Of a DNA stretch of 64,000 bases, positions 55,497-64,000 are shown piece by piece; positions within the stretch are counted from its first letter, which is position 1, and every line of letters starts with the position of its first letter. The notes under the pieces are model-generated. The model was not told the DNA's origin. It did not search any database and saw only the letters and a list, made by a program, of their open reading frames with translations. The stretch comes from an uncultured Candidatus Saccharibacteria bacterium (GTDB taxonomy: Bacteria; Patescibacteriota; Doudnabacteria; UBA920): the NCBI GenBank assembly GCA_964512925.1, contig CAZEKH010000005.1:4325-68324 (forward strand), given 5' to 3'. The translations under genes were made by a program, and so were the position numbers.

Positions 55497-56528
55497 ATGG
55501 GAATTTTTTTTAAAAAATATTTAATTTATATAATCCTGGTTTTTTTAGCGATTTTGTTTGTTTCAAAAGTCGTAGTTTTAAGGCAACCCAAAGAAAGTAT
55601 CGCGCCTGTCGGGCAAGTAGAAAAAAAATTTTATTCCATAAATGGACTGGAAGTTTCCAAAGAAGTATCCGTAAAAAGGCCTTTTGCTGTGATGGTGGAA
55701 AACCATCCGGACTCTCGCCCTCAGTCTGGGTTGTCAGCGGCGGATGTGGTCTATGAGACTTTGGCAGAAGGCGGTATAACCAGATTTTTAGCCCTTTACC
55801 AATCCGAAAATGCTGCGGAAATTGGACCTGTTAGAAGCGCGCGGGACTATTTTGCCGAGATTGCGGATGAGTGGGGCGCGGTATATGCCCACGTGGGTGG
55901 GAGTAATGAAGTTATCGCTGAACTAAAAGCAGGGAAGTATAAAAATGTATTTGACTTAAATGAATATTTTAGCGGCCAATATTTTTTTCGAAAAGAAGGG
56001 GTTCAGGCTCCCCACAATGTTTTTACTACTTCTAAACTTTTAGAAAAGGCTCGTGAAGAAAAGAAAATTTCCGATTTGCTTGAAAACCGGAAATTTTGGA
56101 AATTTAAAGCTGATTTTACTTCTGCCAGCAGCACAGTTTCAAAAATCCAAGTGGATTTCTCCAGACCAGGGTATGAAGTTTTATGGCATTACGATCAAAA
56201 CGCCAATAGTTATCTGAGGGATATATATTTTGAGCCTGATATAGATTTGGTCAACAAGAAAAGAATTGAAGCAAAAAATGTGATTGTTATGTTGGTTGAA
56301 GCAAAACAAGTACCTAAAGATCCTTTACTTAGAATAAATATGGATTTGTTTTCCGGCGGCAAGGCCTTGGTATTTTTAGACGGCCAAGTACAAATAGGGC
56401 AGTGGAAGAAAGAAAATGGCAAGACTGTTTTTTTAGATGAAAAAGGATTGGAGTTTAACTTGAACAGGGGTAAGATTTGGATTGAAGTTTTGCCGAAAGA
56501 CAGAGAAAAATATTTGGTTTGGGAGTAG
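55497..56528 (+). CDS. DUF3048 family protein
   Basis: RP.AVMVEN...RPQSGL..AD.VYE...EGGITR, GPVRSAR and APHN motifs. Confidence 0.85.
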   Translation: MGIFFKKYLIYIILVFLAILFVSKVVVLRQPKESIAPVGQVEKKFYSINGLEVSKEVSVKRPFAVMVENHPDSRPQSGLSAADVVYETLAEGGITRFLALYQSENAAEIGPVRSARDYFAEIADEWGAVYAHVGGSNEVIAELKAGKYKNVFDLNEYFSGQYFFRKEGVQAPHNVFTTSKLLEKAREEKKISDLLENRKFWKFKADFTSASSTVSKIQVDFSRPGYEVLWHYDQNANSYLRDIYFEPDIDLVNKKRIEAKNVIVMLVEAKQVPKDPLLRINMDLFSGGKALVFLDGQVQIGQWKKENGKTVFLDEKGLEFNLNRGKIWIEVLPKDREKYLVWE

Positions 56529-56576
56529 CATTTATATGTTATAATATAAATCTTTAAGCATTAACATAAATATAAA

Positions 56577-56759
56577 ATGCCACAACTTTCTTGCAAAACA
56601 ATGGGCGTGTCCGGGTGCGATTTTACAGCCCACGGAGAAACAGACGAAGAAGTAGTTTCAAATCTGATCAGCCACGCCAGAGAGGCTCATGCTGATATTG
56701 TTTCCGAAAAAGACGACGAAACGCTTTCCGGCGAAATGATGCCTAACATCAGCGAATAA
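56577..56759 (+). CDS. DUF1059-like small metal-binding protein
   Basis: C..MG..GCDF...GET..EV......HA...H pattern. Confidence 0.75.
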   Translation: MPQLSCKTMGVSGCDFTAHGETDEEVVSNLISHAREAHADIVSEKDDETLSGEMMPNISE

Positions 56760-56768
56760 AATCGCATA

Positions 56769-56798
56769 AAAAAATTCCTCCTAAAGGAGGAATTTTTT
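56769..56798. terminator. Bidirectional terminator
   Basis: AAAAAATTCCTCCT-AA-AGGAGGAATTTTTT between convergent genes. Confidence 0.75.
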
Positions 56799-56814
56799 GA
56801 AGTGAAATGAGAAT

Positions 56815-56988
56815 TTATTTAGCTTTAGCCTTGGTTTTGATGCATCTTGTGCAGGCTTTGACTCTTTTTCCGTCAAATATCGCGTATTGGAGGTTTGGCA
56901 GGAGTCTTCTTATGGAAGGCCTCATAGAGTGGGAACGTTTGATGGTTCGGCTATAGATTTTACCGCAGACTGCGCACATTCTTGGCAT
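56815..56988 (-). CDS. rpmB: 50S ribosomal protein L28 (Zn-binding type)
   Basis: M.R.C.VCGK, SHS, R..PNLQ and CTRCIK motifs. Confidence 0.9.
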   Translation of the reverse strand: MPRMCAVCGKIYSRTIKRSHSMRPSIRRLLPNLQYAIFDGKRVKACTRCIKTKAKAK

Positions 56989-57005
56989 AAAGTTATTGAA
57001 AATTT

Positions 57006-57035
57006 TCCGCCAGAGGCGGATCCCGCCTTGCGGGA
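57006..57035. repeat. Family C double hairpin
   Basis: TCCGCC-AGA-GGCGGA followed by TCCCGC-CTT-GCGGGA. Confidence 0.7.
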
Positions 57036-57111
57036 AAAAATTAAAAATCAAAATGTAAAATTATTACTTTGTATAGATTAACATAGTTTGGTATAATGGT
57101 CAAGGTTTAGG

Positions 57112-57217
57112 CAATTGACCTAATTATTCTAATTACCCTAATTGACCTAAACAATCCCCAATGTTCAAAGTATTATTTGTTTAGAATAATTAGGTGAATT
57201 AGAAATTAGGAATTTAC
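57112..57217. repeat. Inverted pair of 9-mer periodic arrays; second copy at 62381-62477
   Basis: (CTAATTATT/CTAATTGAC)n ... (TTAGAATAA/TTAGGTGAA)n. Confidence 0.7.
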
Positions 57218-57251
57218 AGTAAAAATTTTTTATAAAATCTAATATTTATAA

Positions 57252-57884
57252 ATGGATCTAATCATCACTTTCGCTATCCTTTTGTTTTCCGCCATCGTGC
57301 ATGAGGTCTCGCACGGGCTGATGGCTGAATATTTGGGCGACCCGACAGCCAGGCAGGAGGGCAGGATAACCCTAAACCCAATCTCCCACATAGACCCTTT
57401 TGGTAGCATAATTTTGCCCGCGCTTTTGTATTTTGGTTCCGCGGGATTTGCGCCTTCTCAGCGCGTTGTTTTTGGCTATGCCAAACCCGTGCCCGTGGAT
57501 ATGTACAGGCTTACAAGGTTTAAAAGCCGGCAGTGGGGGTTTGCTTTGGTCAGTTTTGCCGGACCTTTTTCAAACCTAGTGTTAGCTGTGTTTTTTGCTT
57601 TGCTTATAAAAATAGGACTGGTGAACGAAATTTCCGCCCCGATCTTAGTGTCCGCTATTGTTATAAACCTCTCTTTAGCTATTTTTAACCTCATCCCTAT
57701 ACCACCTTTGGATGGCAGTAAAATTCTACTGGCTTTTTTGCCCTATGAATCTTGGTATGTAAAGGCTTTGCAGTTTGAACGTTTCGGATTTATTTTAATA
57801 TATGTTTTCATTAGTAGTGGAATAATGGATCGCATCCTTTGGCCTGTGGTAGACGCGTTTTTCCGGTTTTTTGGACTAGGTTGA
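57252..57884 (+). CDS. Site-2 protease (M50 family)
   Basis: HEVSHG, GDPTA..GR.TLNP..H.DP and AGP.SN motifs, FNLIPIPPLDG. Confidence 0.93.
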   Translation: MDLIITFAILLFSAIVHEVSHGLMAEYLGDPTARQEGRITLNPISHIDPFGSIILPALLYFGSAGFAPSQRVVFGYAKPVPVDMYRLTRFKSRQWGFALVSFAGPFSNLVLAVFFALLIKIGLVNEISAPILVSAIVINLSLAIFNLIPIPPLDGSKILLAFLPYESWYVKALQFERFGFILIYVFISSGIMDRILWPVVDAFFRFFGLG

Positions 57885-57908
57885 CATTTTAAAGAAAAAA
57901 GTTATAAT
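57881..57908 (+). promoter_or_regulatory. Sigma70 promoter of the str operon
   Basis: TTGACA-N16-TATAAT. Confidence 0.7.
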
Positions 57909-58042
57909 ATAGGTAACTAAATACAGAAACCATTCACAGATCACAGATAGGTTCAGATAGCACAGATCAAAAAGATTTGTAAAATTTGCTCCAATTTGTG
58001 TATTTGTGAATAATAACCTTATTTAGTCGAGTTTTTGGGAAT

Positions 58043-58084
58043 ACCACCCCGCCCTGCGGGCACCCCTCCTATATTTAGGCGGGG
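58043..58084 (+). repeat. Family A element in the rpsL leader
   Basis: ACCACCCC-GCCCTGCGGGC-ACCCCTCCTATATTTAGGCGGGG. Confidence 0.75.
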
Positions 58085-58189
58085 AAAATCCGAAAGGTTT
58101 CCGGATAGTACCAAAAAAGCGAAGTAGACAAGAACTGATTGTCGATCAGTTTTTATTGTGTCAATAGACTTAACATTTAAGGAAAAACT

Positions 58190-58603
58190 ATGCCAACAAT
58201 CAACCAGTTAGTCAGGCGAGGACGAAGCCCGCTTAAAGCCAAGAGAAAGTCTCCGGCTTTGCAGTTTCGTATGAACCTTTTAAAAAACAGGGAAGTGCCG
58301 ATGAAAACAGGAATTCCGTTTATGCGCGGAGTGTGCCTGAAAGTGTATACCACTACGCCAAAAAAGCCGAACTCGGCTTTGCGTAAAGTTGCCAAGGTCA
58401 AACTGACCAATGGAATGGAAGTTATCGCGTACATCCCAGGGGTTGGCCACAACCTCCAGGAACACTCAGTGGTAATGATCCGCGGCGGACGCGTTAAAGA
58501 TTTGCCTGGTGTCAGGTACCATATTGTTCGCGGAAAACTAGATACTCTCGGAGTCGACGGGAGAAAGAGATCAAGAAGCAAATACGGAACCAAAAGAAAG
58601 TAA
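58190..58603 (+). CDS. rpsL: 30S ribosomal protein S12
   Basis: [20 protein letters not shown] and [12 protein letters not shown] motifs. Confidence 0.98.
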   Translation: MPTINQLVRRGRSPLKAKRKSPALQFRMNLLKNREVPMKTGIPFMRGVCLKVYTTTPKKPNSALRKVAKVKLTNGMEVIAYIPGVGHNLQEHSVVMIRGGRVKDLPGVRYHIVRGKLDTLGVDGRKRSRSKYGTKRK

Positions 58604-58684
58604 ATCAGTAAAATCAGATATTAGTAAATCAGATCATTTTTTACTGATCTACTGATAAACTGACAAACTGATAACTAAAAACTT

Positions 58685-59269
58685 ATGCCAAGAAAATCAC
58701 GAAATTACGACAAACATGTGCCAGAACCGGATCCGAAATACGGGTCGGTTAAATATGCCAAGTTTATCAATTACATCATGGAGCGCGGAAAGAAAAATGT
58801 TGCGCGCAAGATTTTTTACGATGCTTTGGATATAGTGGAAGAGAAAGTTAAAGCTTTGCAGCCGCAGGGCGGGGCTAAAACAGGTGCCCCTGCAAAAGCC
58901 GGCGCAGATAAAACCGGAGAAAAACCGGCAAAAGAAGAAAAGACTGTGGCTTTGGACGGCCGCCAAGTTTTTGATATTGCTTTGAAGAATGTGGGCCCCT
59001 TGATGGAACTAAAAAGCCGCCGCGTAGGCGGAGCTAACTACCAGGTTCCTATGGAAGTTGTTGAACCAAGAAGAACAGTTCTCGCTATGCGCTGGATACT
59101 GGCTTCCTGCCGCGCCAAAAAAGGCGTGCCAATGGCAATGAGACTGGCTACTGAAATTGTGGATGCTTACCAGAAACAGGGAGCTTCCATCAAAAAGCGT
59201 GAAGATGTGCACCGTATGGCAGAAGCCAACAAAGCCTTTGCCCACTTTGCAAGGTTTAACCGCAGATAA
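58685..59269 (+). CDS. rpsG: 30S ribosomal protein S7 with a ~30-aa Ala/Gly/Lys-rich insertion
   Basis: PDPKY, GKK..A, RRVGGANYQVP and HRMAEANKAFAH motifs. Confidence 0.97.
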   Translation: MPRKSRNYDKHVPEPDPKYGSVKYAKFINYIMERGKKNVARKIFYDALDIVEEKVKALQPQGGAKTGAPAKAGADKTGEKPAKEEKTVALDGRQVFDIALKNVGPLMELKSRRVGGANYQVPMEVVEPRRTVLAMRWILASCRAKKGVPMAMRLATEIVDAYQKQGASIKKREDVHRMAEANKAFAHFARFNRR

Positions 59270-59485
59270 ACTACAGAACTACGAATTTGGAAACACTACA
59301 GATACCTACAGAAGTAAAGGAAGTATTTAGATATAGTGTTCGAATTTACGAATAGGACGAATCTGCGAATGATTGCGAATAAGATTTTCTTGATGATACT
59401 TTGATGAAAAGTATGAAAAAATAATAAAAAAAGTCCCACACCCGTCCGTTGAGTGAAACGAGTGTGGGGGCAGGAAAAGTGGTTT

Positions 59486-59635
59486 CTATAGAAAATCTGC
59501 TAGATATCGTGCCACGCCATAGGATGCTAGTACCTTGAAGGTCCATACAGCGACGGTTATCGGTTTTTCCTTCCAGCAGACGACGGTTATTATCACACCG
59601 TAAAACAAACCTGACTGGATGTAGTTTGGGTCCAT
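59486..59635 (-). CDS. 49-aa hydrophobic orphan peptide antisense within the str operon
   Basis: AAGGAG SD, own promoter module at 59641-59685 and a downstream hairpin with T-run. Confidence 0.5.
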   Translation of the reverse strand: MDPNYIQSGLFYGVIITVVCWKEKPITVAVWTFKVLASYGVARYLADFL

Positions 59636-59761
59636 TAAATACTCCTTTTCAGGAGTAAAAATATCAGAGAGAGAGTTTTGTAAAGGCTGGTAGGAAATTT
59701 TGAACAACAAATTTTAAATCAAATTTGAATTTCAAAATTCATTGAAAATTGTCCGGCAAAG

Positions 59762-59807
59762 TCGGATCCCGCTTTGCGGGAAAATCGGATCCCGCTTTGC
59801 GGGAAAA
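59762..59807. repeat. Family C hairpin, exact tandem duplication of 23 nt
   Basis: TCGGATCCCGCTTTGCGGGAAAA twice, embedded in a (GAAAATT)n array. Confidence 0.85.
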
Positions 59808-59846
59808 ATTGTAAAATTAAAAAATTGAAAATTAATTAAATACTTA

Positions 59847-59892
59847 TCAACCTCTCCCTGGCCCTCCCCAGGTCTTGGGGAGGGAAACTATA
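59847..59892 (+). repeat. Family A element 10 nt upstream of the fusA start
   Basis: TCAACCTCTCCCTGGCCCTCCCCAGGTCTTGGGGAGGGAAACTATA. Confidence 0.9.
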
Positions 59893-59902
59893 AAGCAAAT
59901 CT

Positions 59903-62026
59903 ATGGCACGCGAATATTCTATTGAAGTTACTAGAAATATTGGTATCATTGCGCACATTGATGCTGGTAAAACCACTACTACGGAAGGTGTGCTTTTTAA
60001 CACTGGGCAAAAACACAAGATCGGAGCGGTGCACGAAGGCGAAACCACGACTGACTGGATGGAGCAGGAAAAAGAGCGCGGTATAACCATCACCGCGGCT
60101 GCTATCACCTGTTACTGGACCCCTCAGCACGTAAAGCTGGCTCCGGAAACTAAATATAAGATCAACATCATTGACACTCCGGGTCACGTGGATTTTACCG
60201 TGGAAGTGGAACGCAGTTTACGAGTTTTGGACGGCGCAGTTACCGTGTTTGACGGAAAAATGGGCGTGGAGCCGCAATCTGAAACTGTGTGGAGGCAGGC
60301 TGACAAATACGGCGTGCCGCGCATTTGCTCTATCAACAAAATCAACCAAACCGGCGGGGACTTTTACAAGTCTTTGGATTCTATCCATAAACGACTGTCT
60401 CCCAATGCAATGCCAATACAAATCCCGGTTGGGTTTGAAAAAGACATTTGCGGCGTGGTGGATTTGATCCAGATGAAGTCTTACACCTATAAGGATTACA
60501 CGGATAAGCAATTTATAGTCGGCGAAATACCGGCAGATATGTTGGAAAAAGCAAAAGAATGGAGAAATAAACTGGTTGAAAAAGTGGTTGAGTACGACGA
60601 TGCGATGATGGAAAAGTATCTAAGCGGAGTTGAGCTGACTGAAAACGAGCTTTTAACCACCATTCGCAAAGCCACCCAGTCCGGCCAGTTTTTCCCGGTA
60701 ATCGGCGGCGACAACCGCGGTATCATCGTGCAGATGATGCTGGACGCGGTGGTAAACTTCCTTCCAAGCCCGGTAGACCGTGGCCCAGTGAAGGGCGTAA
60801 ATCCGGATACCGAAGCTGAAGAAATAAGAAAGCCGTCTGACGACGAGCCGTTTTCAGCTCTGGCTTTTAAAATCGCCACCGATCCTTTTGTGGGACGACT
60901 GGCTTTCTTCCGCGTATACTCCGGCCATTTGGAAGCTGGAAACTATATTTTGAACGCAACCACCGGCAACAAAGAGCGCGTGGGACGTATCGTGCGGATG
61001 CGCGCCAACGAAAGAGATGAAGTAAAAGAAGTTTTTGCCGGCGACATCTGCGCTTTAGTCGGACCTAAAGATACATTGACAAGCCACACTTTGTGCGACG
61101 AAAAGCATCCTATACTTTTGGGCGCTATCAAATTTGCTGATCCGGTTATCTCTATGTCTATTGAACCGAAGACCAAGGCTGACCAGGAAAAGATGGGTAT
61201 TGCGATGCAGAAGCTGGCGGAAGAAGATCCGACTTTTAAAGTCTCTACCAACGAAGAAACCCAGCAGACTATCATCGCGGGTATGGGCGAACTGCACCTA
61301 GAAATTTTAGTGGACAGGATGCGCCGCGAGTTTAAGGTGGAAGCCAATGTCGGGGAGCCGGAAGTGGCATATAAAGAAACTATCAAAAAGACCGCAGAAG
61401 CTGAAAGCAAATACATCCGCCAGTCTGGCGGACGCGGACAGTACGGCCACGTATACCTTCGCATTGAACCTCAGGAACGCGGCAAGGGGTATGAATTCTT
61501 GGACGAGATCGTGGGCGGTGTGATCCCGAAAGAATACATCAAGCCAATAGATAAAGGCATCCAGGAGTCTGCGGCCAACGGCGTTATTGCCGGATATCCT
61601 TTGGTTGACTTTAAGATCGCTTGTTATGACGGAAGCTACCACGAAGTTGACTCTTCGGAAATGGCTTTCAAAATCGCGGCGTCCAAGGGACTTCAGGAAG
61701 TTGCTAAGAGGGCAGACCCCATCCTTCTTGAGCCAATTATGAAAGTGGAAGTTATTACCCCGGAAGCCAATATGGGAGATGTTATAGGCGACCTAAACGC
61801 CAAACGCGCAAAAATAGACGAGATGACTGACAGAATGCATCTTAAAGTCATCAAAGCTCAGGTGCCTTTGGCTGAAATGTTCGGTTATGCTACAACCTTG
61901 AGAAGCATGACTCAGGGACAAGCTTCCTATACTATGGAATTTGACCACTACGAAGAAGTAGGAAAAAATATCACTGCCAAAATAGTAGAAAAGAGGCAGG
62001 GGATAAATGTGAGAAAGGGCATGTAA
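59903..62026 (+). CDS. fusA: Elongation factor G (divergent G4/G5 motifs)
   Basis: [45 protein letters not shown] and DGSYH.VDSSE motifs. Confidence 0.97.
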   Translation: MAREYSIEVTRNIGIIAHIDAGKTTTTEGVLFNTGQKHKIGAVHEGETTTDWMEQEKERGITITAAAITCYWTPQHVKLAPETKYKINIIDTPGHVDFTVEVERSLRVLDGAVTVFDGKMGVEPQSETVWRQADKYGVPRICSINKINQTGGDFYKSLDSIHKRLSPNAMPIQIPVGFEKDICGVVDLIQMKSYTYKDYTDKQFIVGEIPADMLEKAKEWRNKLVEKVVEYDDAMMEKYLSGVELTENELLTTIRKATQSGQFFPVIGGDNRGIIVQMMLDAVVNFLPSPVDRGPVKGVNPDTEAEEIRKPSDDEPFSALAFKIATDPFVGRLAFFRVYSGHLEAGNYILNATTGNKERVGRIVRMRANERDEVKEVFAGDICALVGPKDTLTSHTLCDEKHPILLGAIKFADPVISMSIEPKTKADQEKMGIAMQKLAEEDPTFKVSTNEETQQTIIAGMGELHLEILVDRMRREFKVEANVGEPEVAYKETIKKTAEAESKYIRQSGGRGQYGHVYLRIEPQERGKGYEFLDEIVGGVIPKEYIKPIDKGIQESAANGVIAGYPLVDFKIACYDGSYHEVDSSEMAFKIAASKGLQEVAKRADPILLEPIMKVEVITPEANMGDVIGDLNAKRAKIDEMTDRMHLKVIKAQVPLAEMFGYATTLRSMTQGQASYTMEFDHYEEVGKNITAKIVEKRQGINVRKGM

Positions 62027-62103
62027 ATAGCAGGGGGTAGGGTTTAGGATGTATTAAAAAAACGGGCCAGGTAACTACCGGACCCGCGTTGGGAACGACA
62101 CCG

Positions 62104-62316
62104 TTATAATTCGATGTCATAGAGCACAATGGCATTTCGTGAACCAACCTGTCCGATATCACGCACAACCGTAGTTTGATCTAGCATTTTGGCCAATGCT
62201 TTGCGTGCGAGTTTGGGTGACTTGCCCGGTATTAAAGCTATTGTTGCTGTTGTACTTTTTCTTTTTCTTTGTTTTCTTTGTCCCACAGTTGTAAACAAGA
62301 AAATGTAAAGAGGCAT
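62104..62316 (-). CDS. 70-aa basic orphan antisense within the str operon
   Basis: AAGGAG SD, promoter module at 62321-62371 matching 59641-59685, terminator at about 62055-62090. Confidence 0.5.
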   Translation of the reverse strand: MPLYIFLFTTVGQRKQRKRKSTTATIALIPGKSPKLARKALAKMLDQTTVVRDIGQVGSRNAIVLYDIEL

Positions 62317-62481
62317 GCGAACTCCTTTTCTCGATCATTCTAAAAATATCAGAGAGAGGGGTTTTGTAAAGACTTTGTTGAATTATTCTAATTATTCTAA
62401 TTGACCTAAACAAATCCTAAAATTGGAGTTTAGAAATTATTTAGAATAATCAGAAATTAGGTCAATTAGAAATTTACTTTT

Positions 62482-62841
62482 ATGTCCTCACTTCAAGACA
62501 TCATCAAAATAGCTAAGACTGAAAAAGGGAAGTTTTTTGTGATGGATGAAAAGGGCGAGGCAAAACTAGTTATACTGCCTTTTGAGGAGTACCAAAAGCT
62601 GTTGTTAGGAAAGTTAAAAGAACAGGTGCAGGATGTGGAAAAGATCAACGAAGAGATAACCAAAGCTCAGATAGAAAGCGGACAGGTCAATGTGGAAAGG
62701 TATTTGGTTTCAAAGCCAAAGGTTCAAGAAAACTTTCGGGCGTTTACTCAGCCCAAAGTTGAAACTGCGGACTTGCGCGAGGAAGTCATAGACCCCAGTT
62801 TTGACTTCGAAGCCCCGAAAATGGACTTGGACAGTTTTTGA
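62482..62841 (+). CDS. Hypothetical protein with a Phd/YefM-like N-terminus
   Basis: 'KFFVMDEKGEAKLVILPFEEYQKL' resembles the Phd/YefM fold pattern; no toxin gene is adjacent. Confidence 0.5.
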   Translation: MSSLQDIIKIAKTEKGKFFVMDEKGEAKLVILPFEEYQKLLLGKLKEQVQDVEKINEEITKAQIESGQVNVERYLVSKPKVQENFRAFTQPKVETADLREEVIDPSFDFEAPKMDLDSF

Positions 62842-63053
62842 CAGAATGCGGAAAATATTTTAAAATTCATTTGTAAAAATTAATTAATTCTACTTTAAAA
62901 ATCTAAACGGATTTTGTTCCTGGATTCGTCCCGATGTACATCGGGATAAAAAAGAGATCCCCTTGGCACTGCTGCCCAATCGATAGGCGGTGGTGACTAG
63001 GGAATCTCGGACAGAGCCTGAAAAAGATTTTAAAATTAGACCAAAGGAAAAAA

Positions 63054-64000
63054 ATGGCAGACAAGTTTGATAGAAGCAAAGTGCACGTCAACGTCGGAAC
63101 CATCGGTCACGTTGACCACGGAAAAACCACTTTGACAGCCGCGATCACTTCCGTGCTCGCAAGAAAGTATTCCGACATTAAGACCAAAGCTTACGACCAG
63201 ATCGACAACGCTCCGGAAGAAAAAGCCCGCGGTATTACCATCAACACCGCTCACGTCGAGTACCACTCTGAAAAGAGACACTATGCCCACGTGGACTGTC
63301 CTGGTCACGCTGACTATATCAAGAACATGATCACCGGCGCCGCCCAGATGGACGGAGCTATCTTGGTTGTTTCAGCAACAGACGGACCAATGCCTCAGAC
63401 CCGCGAACACATCTTGCTCGCTCGTCAGGTGGGCGTGCCTTATATCGTGGTGTTTATGAACAAATGCGATATGGTGCAGGACAAAGAGCTTTTGGACTTG
63501 GTTGAGGAAGAAATCCGCGACCTTTTGACCAAATACGAATTCCCAGGCAAAGACACCCCGATCATCAGGGGATCTGCTTTGAAAGCTTTGGAAGGCGACA
63601 CTTCTGAAATGGGCGAAGGCGCTATTATGAAGCTGGTTGAAGCTTTGGATACTTTCATCCCGGATCCGGTTCGCGACACTGAAAAGCCATATTTGATGCC
63701 TATTGAAGACATCTTCTCCATAGAAGGACGCGGCACAGTGGTAACAGGAAGAATAGAACGCGGTACAGTCAATGTCGGCGATGAAATCGAAATCGTCGGT
63801 ATAAGGCCAACTTCCAAAACCGTAGTTACCGGTATTGAAATGTTTAACAAACAGTTAGACTCTGGTATGGCGGGGGACAACGCAGGAGTACTGCTTCGCG
63901 GCACTAAAAAAGAAGAAGTTGAGCGCGGCCAGGTTTTGGCCAAGCCAGGTTCTATCACCCCGCATACTGATTTTGAAGCTGAAATCTATGTTTTGACCAA
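63054..64000 (+). CDS. tuf: Elongation factor Tu, 3'-truncated by the window
   Basis: Manual translation gives [61 protein letters not shown]. Confidence 0.97.
   Translation, partial: MADKFDRSKVHVNVGTIGHVDHGKTTLTAAITSVLARKYSDIKTKAYDQIDNAPEEKARGITINTAHVEYHSEKRHYAHVDCPGHADYIKNMITGAAQMDGAILVVSATDGPMPQTREHILLARQVGVPYIVVFMNKCDMVQDKELLDLVEEEIRDLLTKYEFPGKDTPIIRGSALKALEGDTSEMGEGAIMKLVEALDTFIPDPVRDTEKPYLMPIEDIFSIEGRGTVVTGRIERGTVNVGDEIEIVGIRPTSKTVVTGIEMFNKQLDSGMAGDNAGVLLRGTKKEEVERGQVLAKPGSITPHTDFEAEIYVLT

Noticed and set aside
57112-57217. Possible CRISPR array in the periodic repeats here and at 62381-62477, 58602-58675 and 59270-59380
   Set aside because: Units are degenerate 7-9-mers with no constant 25-40-bp repeat separated by unique spacers, and no cas genes are present.
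62482-62841. Type II toxin-antitoxin module
   Set aside because: The N-terminus is Phd/YefM-like, but no cognate toxin ORF is adjacent.
1-64000. Prophage, integron integrase, IS transposase, reverse transcriptase/DGR or alternative genetic code
   Set aside because: No ORF shows the corresponding motifs, and TGA terminates several clear genes (P-type ATPase, pepP, site-2 protease), which fits code 11.

Overview
This is a 64-kb housekeeping region of a low-GC, reduced bacterial genome. Gene content and protein signatures suggest Patescibacteria/CPR (an inference), and TGA is used as stop. It carries a type IV pilus cluster (pilC-M-N-O), holA, typA, a P-type ATPase, zwf, msrA, rpsO, a two-component pair, pnp, tgt, glyS, pepP, an M16 peptidase, nfo, metG, tatD, leuS, glyA, uppP, parB, maf, an ABC exporter, rpmB and a split str operon (rpsL-rpsG-fusA-tuf), plus four tRNAs. 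The main finding is a set of very small palindromic elements. A stand-alone DUF559/Vsr-like endonuclease gene (31930-32277) is bracketed by inverted copies of a C-rich-tail plus GC-hairpin repeat ('family A'). About 20 loci of this repeat occur in the window, 10 of them in-frame inside six enzymes (tgt, pepP, nfo, metG, tatD, leuS), all within about 10 kb of the nuclease. Other mini-element families (a 30-nt element, dRS3-like hairpins, TCCGCC/GGCGGA hairpins, periodic 7-9-mer arrays) also insert in-frame and nest inside family A. Other highlights: near-identical family-A copies 10 nt upstream of both typA and fusA, two antisense mini-genes with a shared promoter inside the str operon, an EF-G with NKIN in place of NKxD, an attenuator-like RNA with no obvious target, and a tRNA-Pro locus surrounded by partial copies of itself. 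All calls are by eye from sequence and motifs, and no database searches were run.
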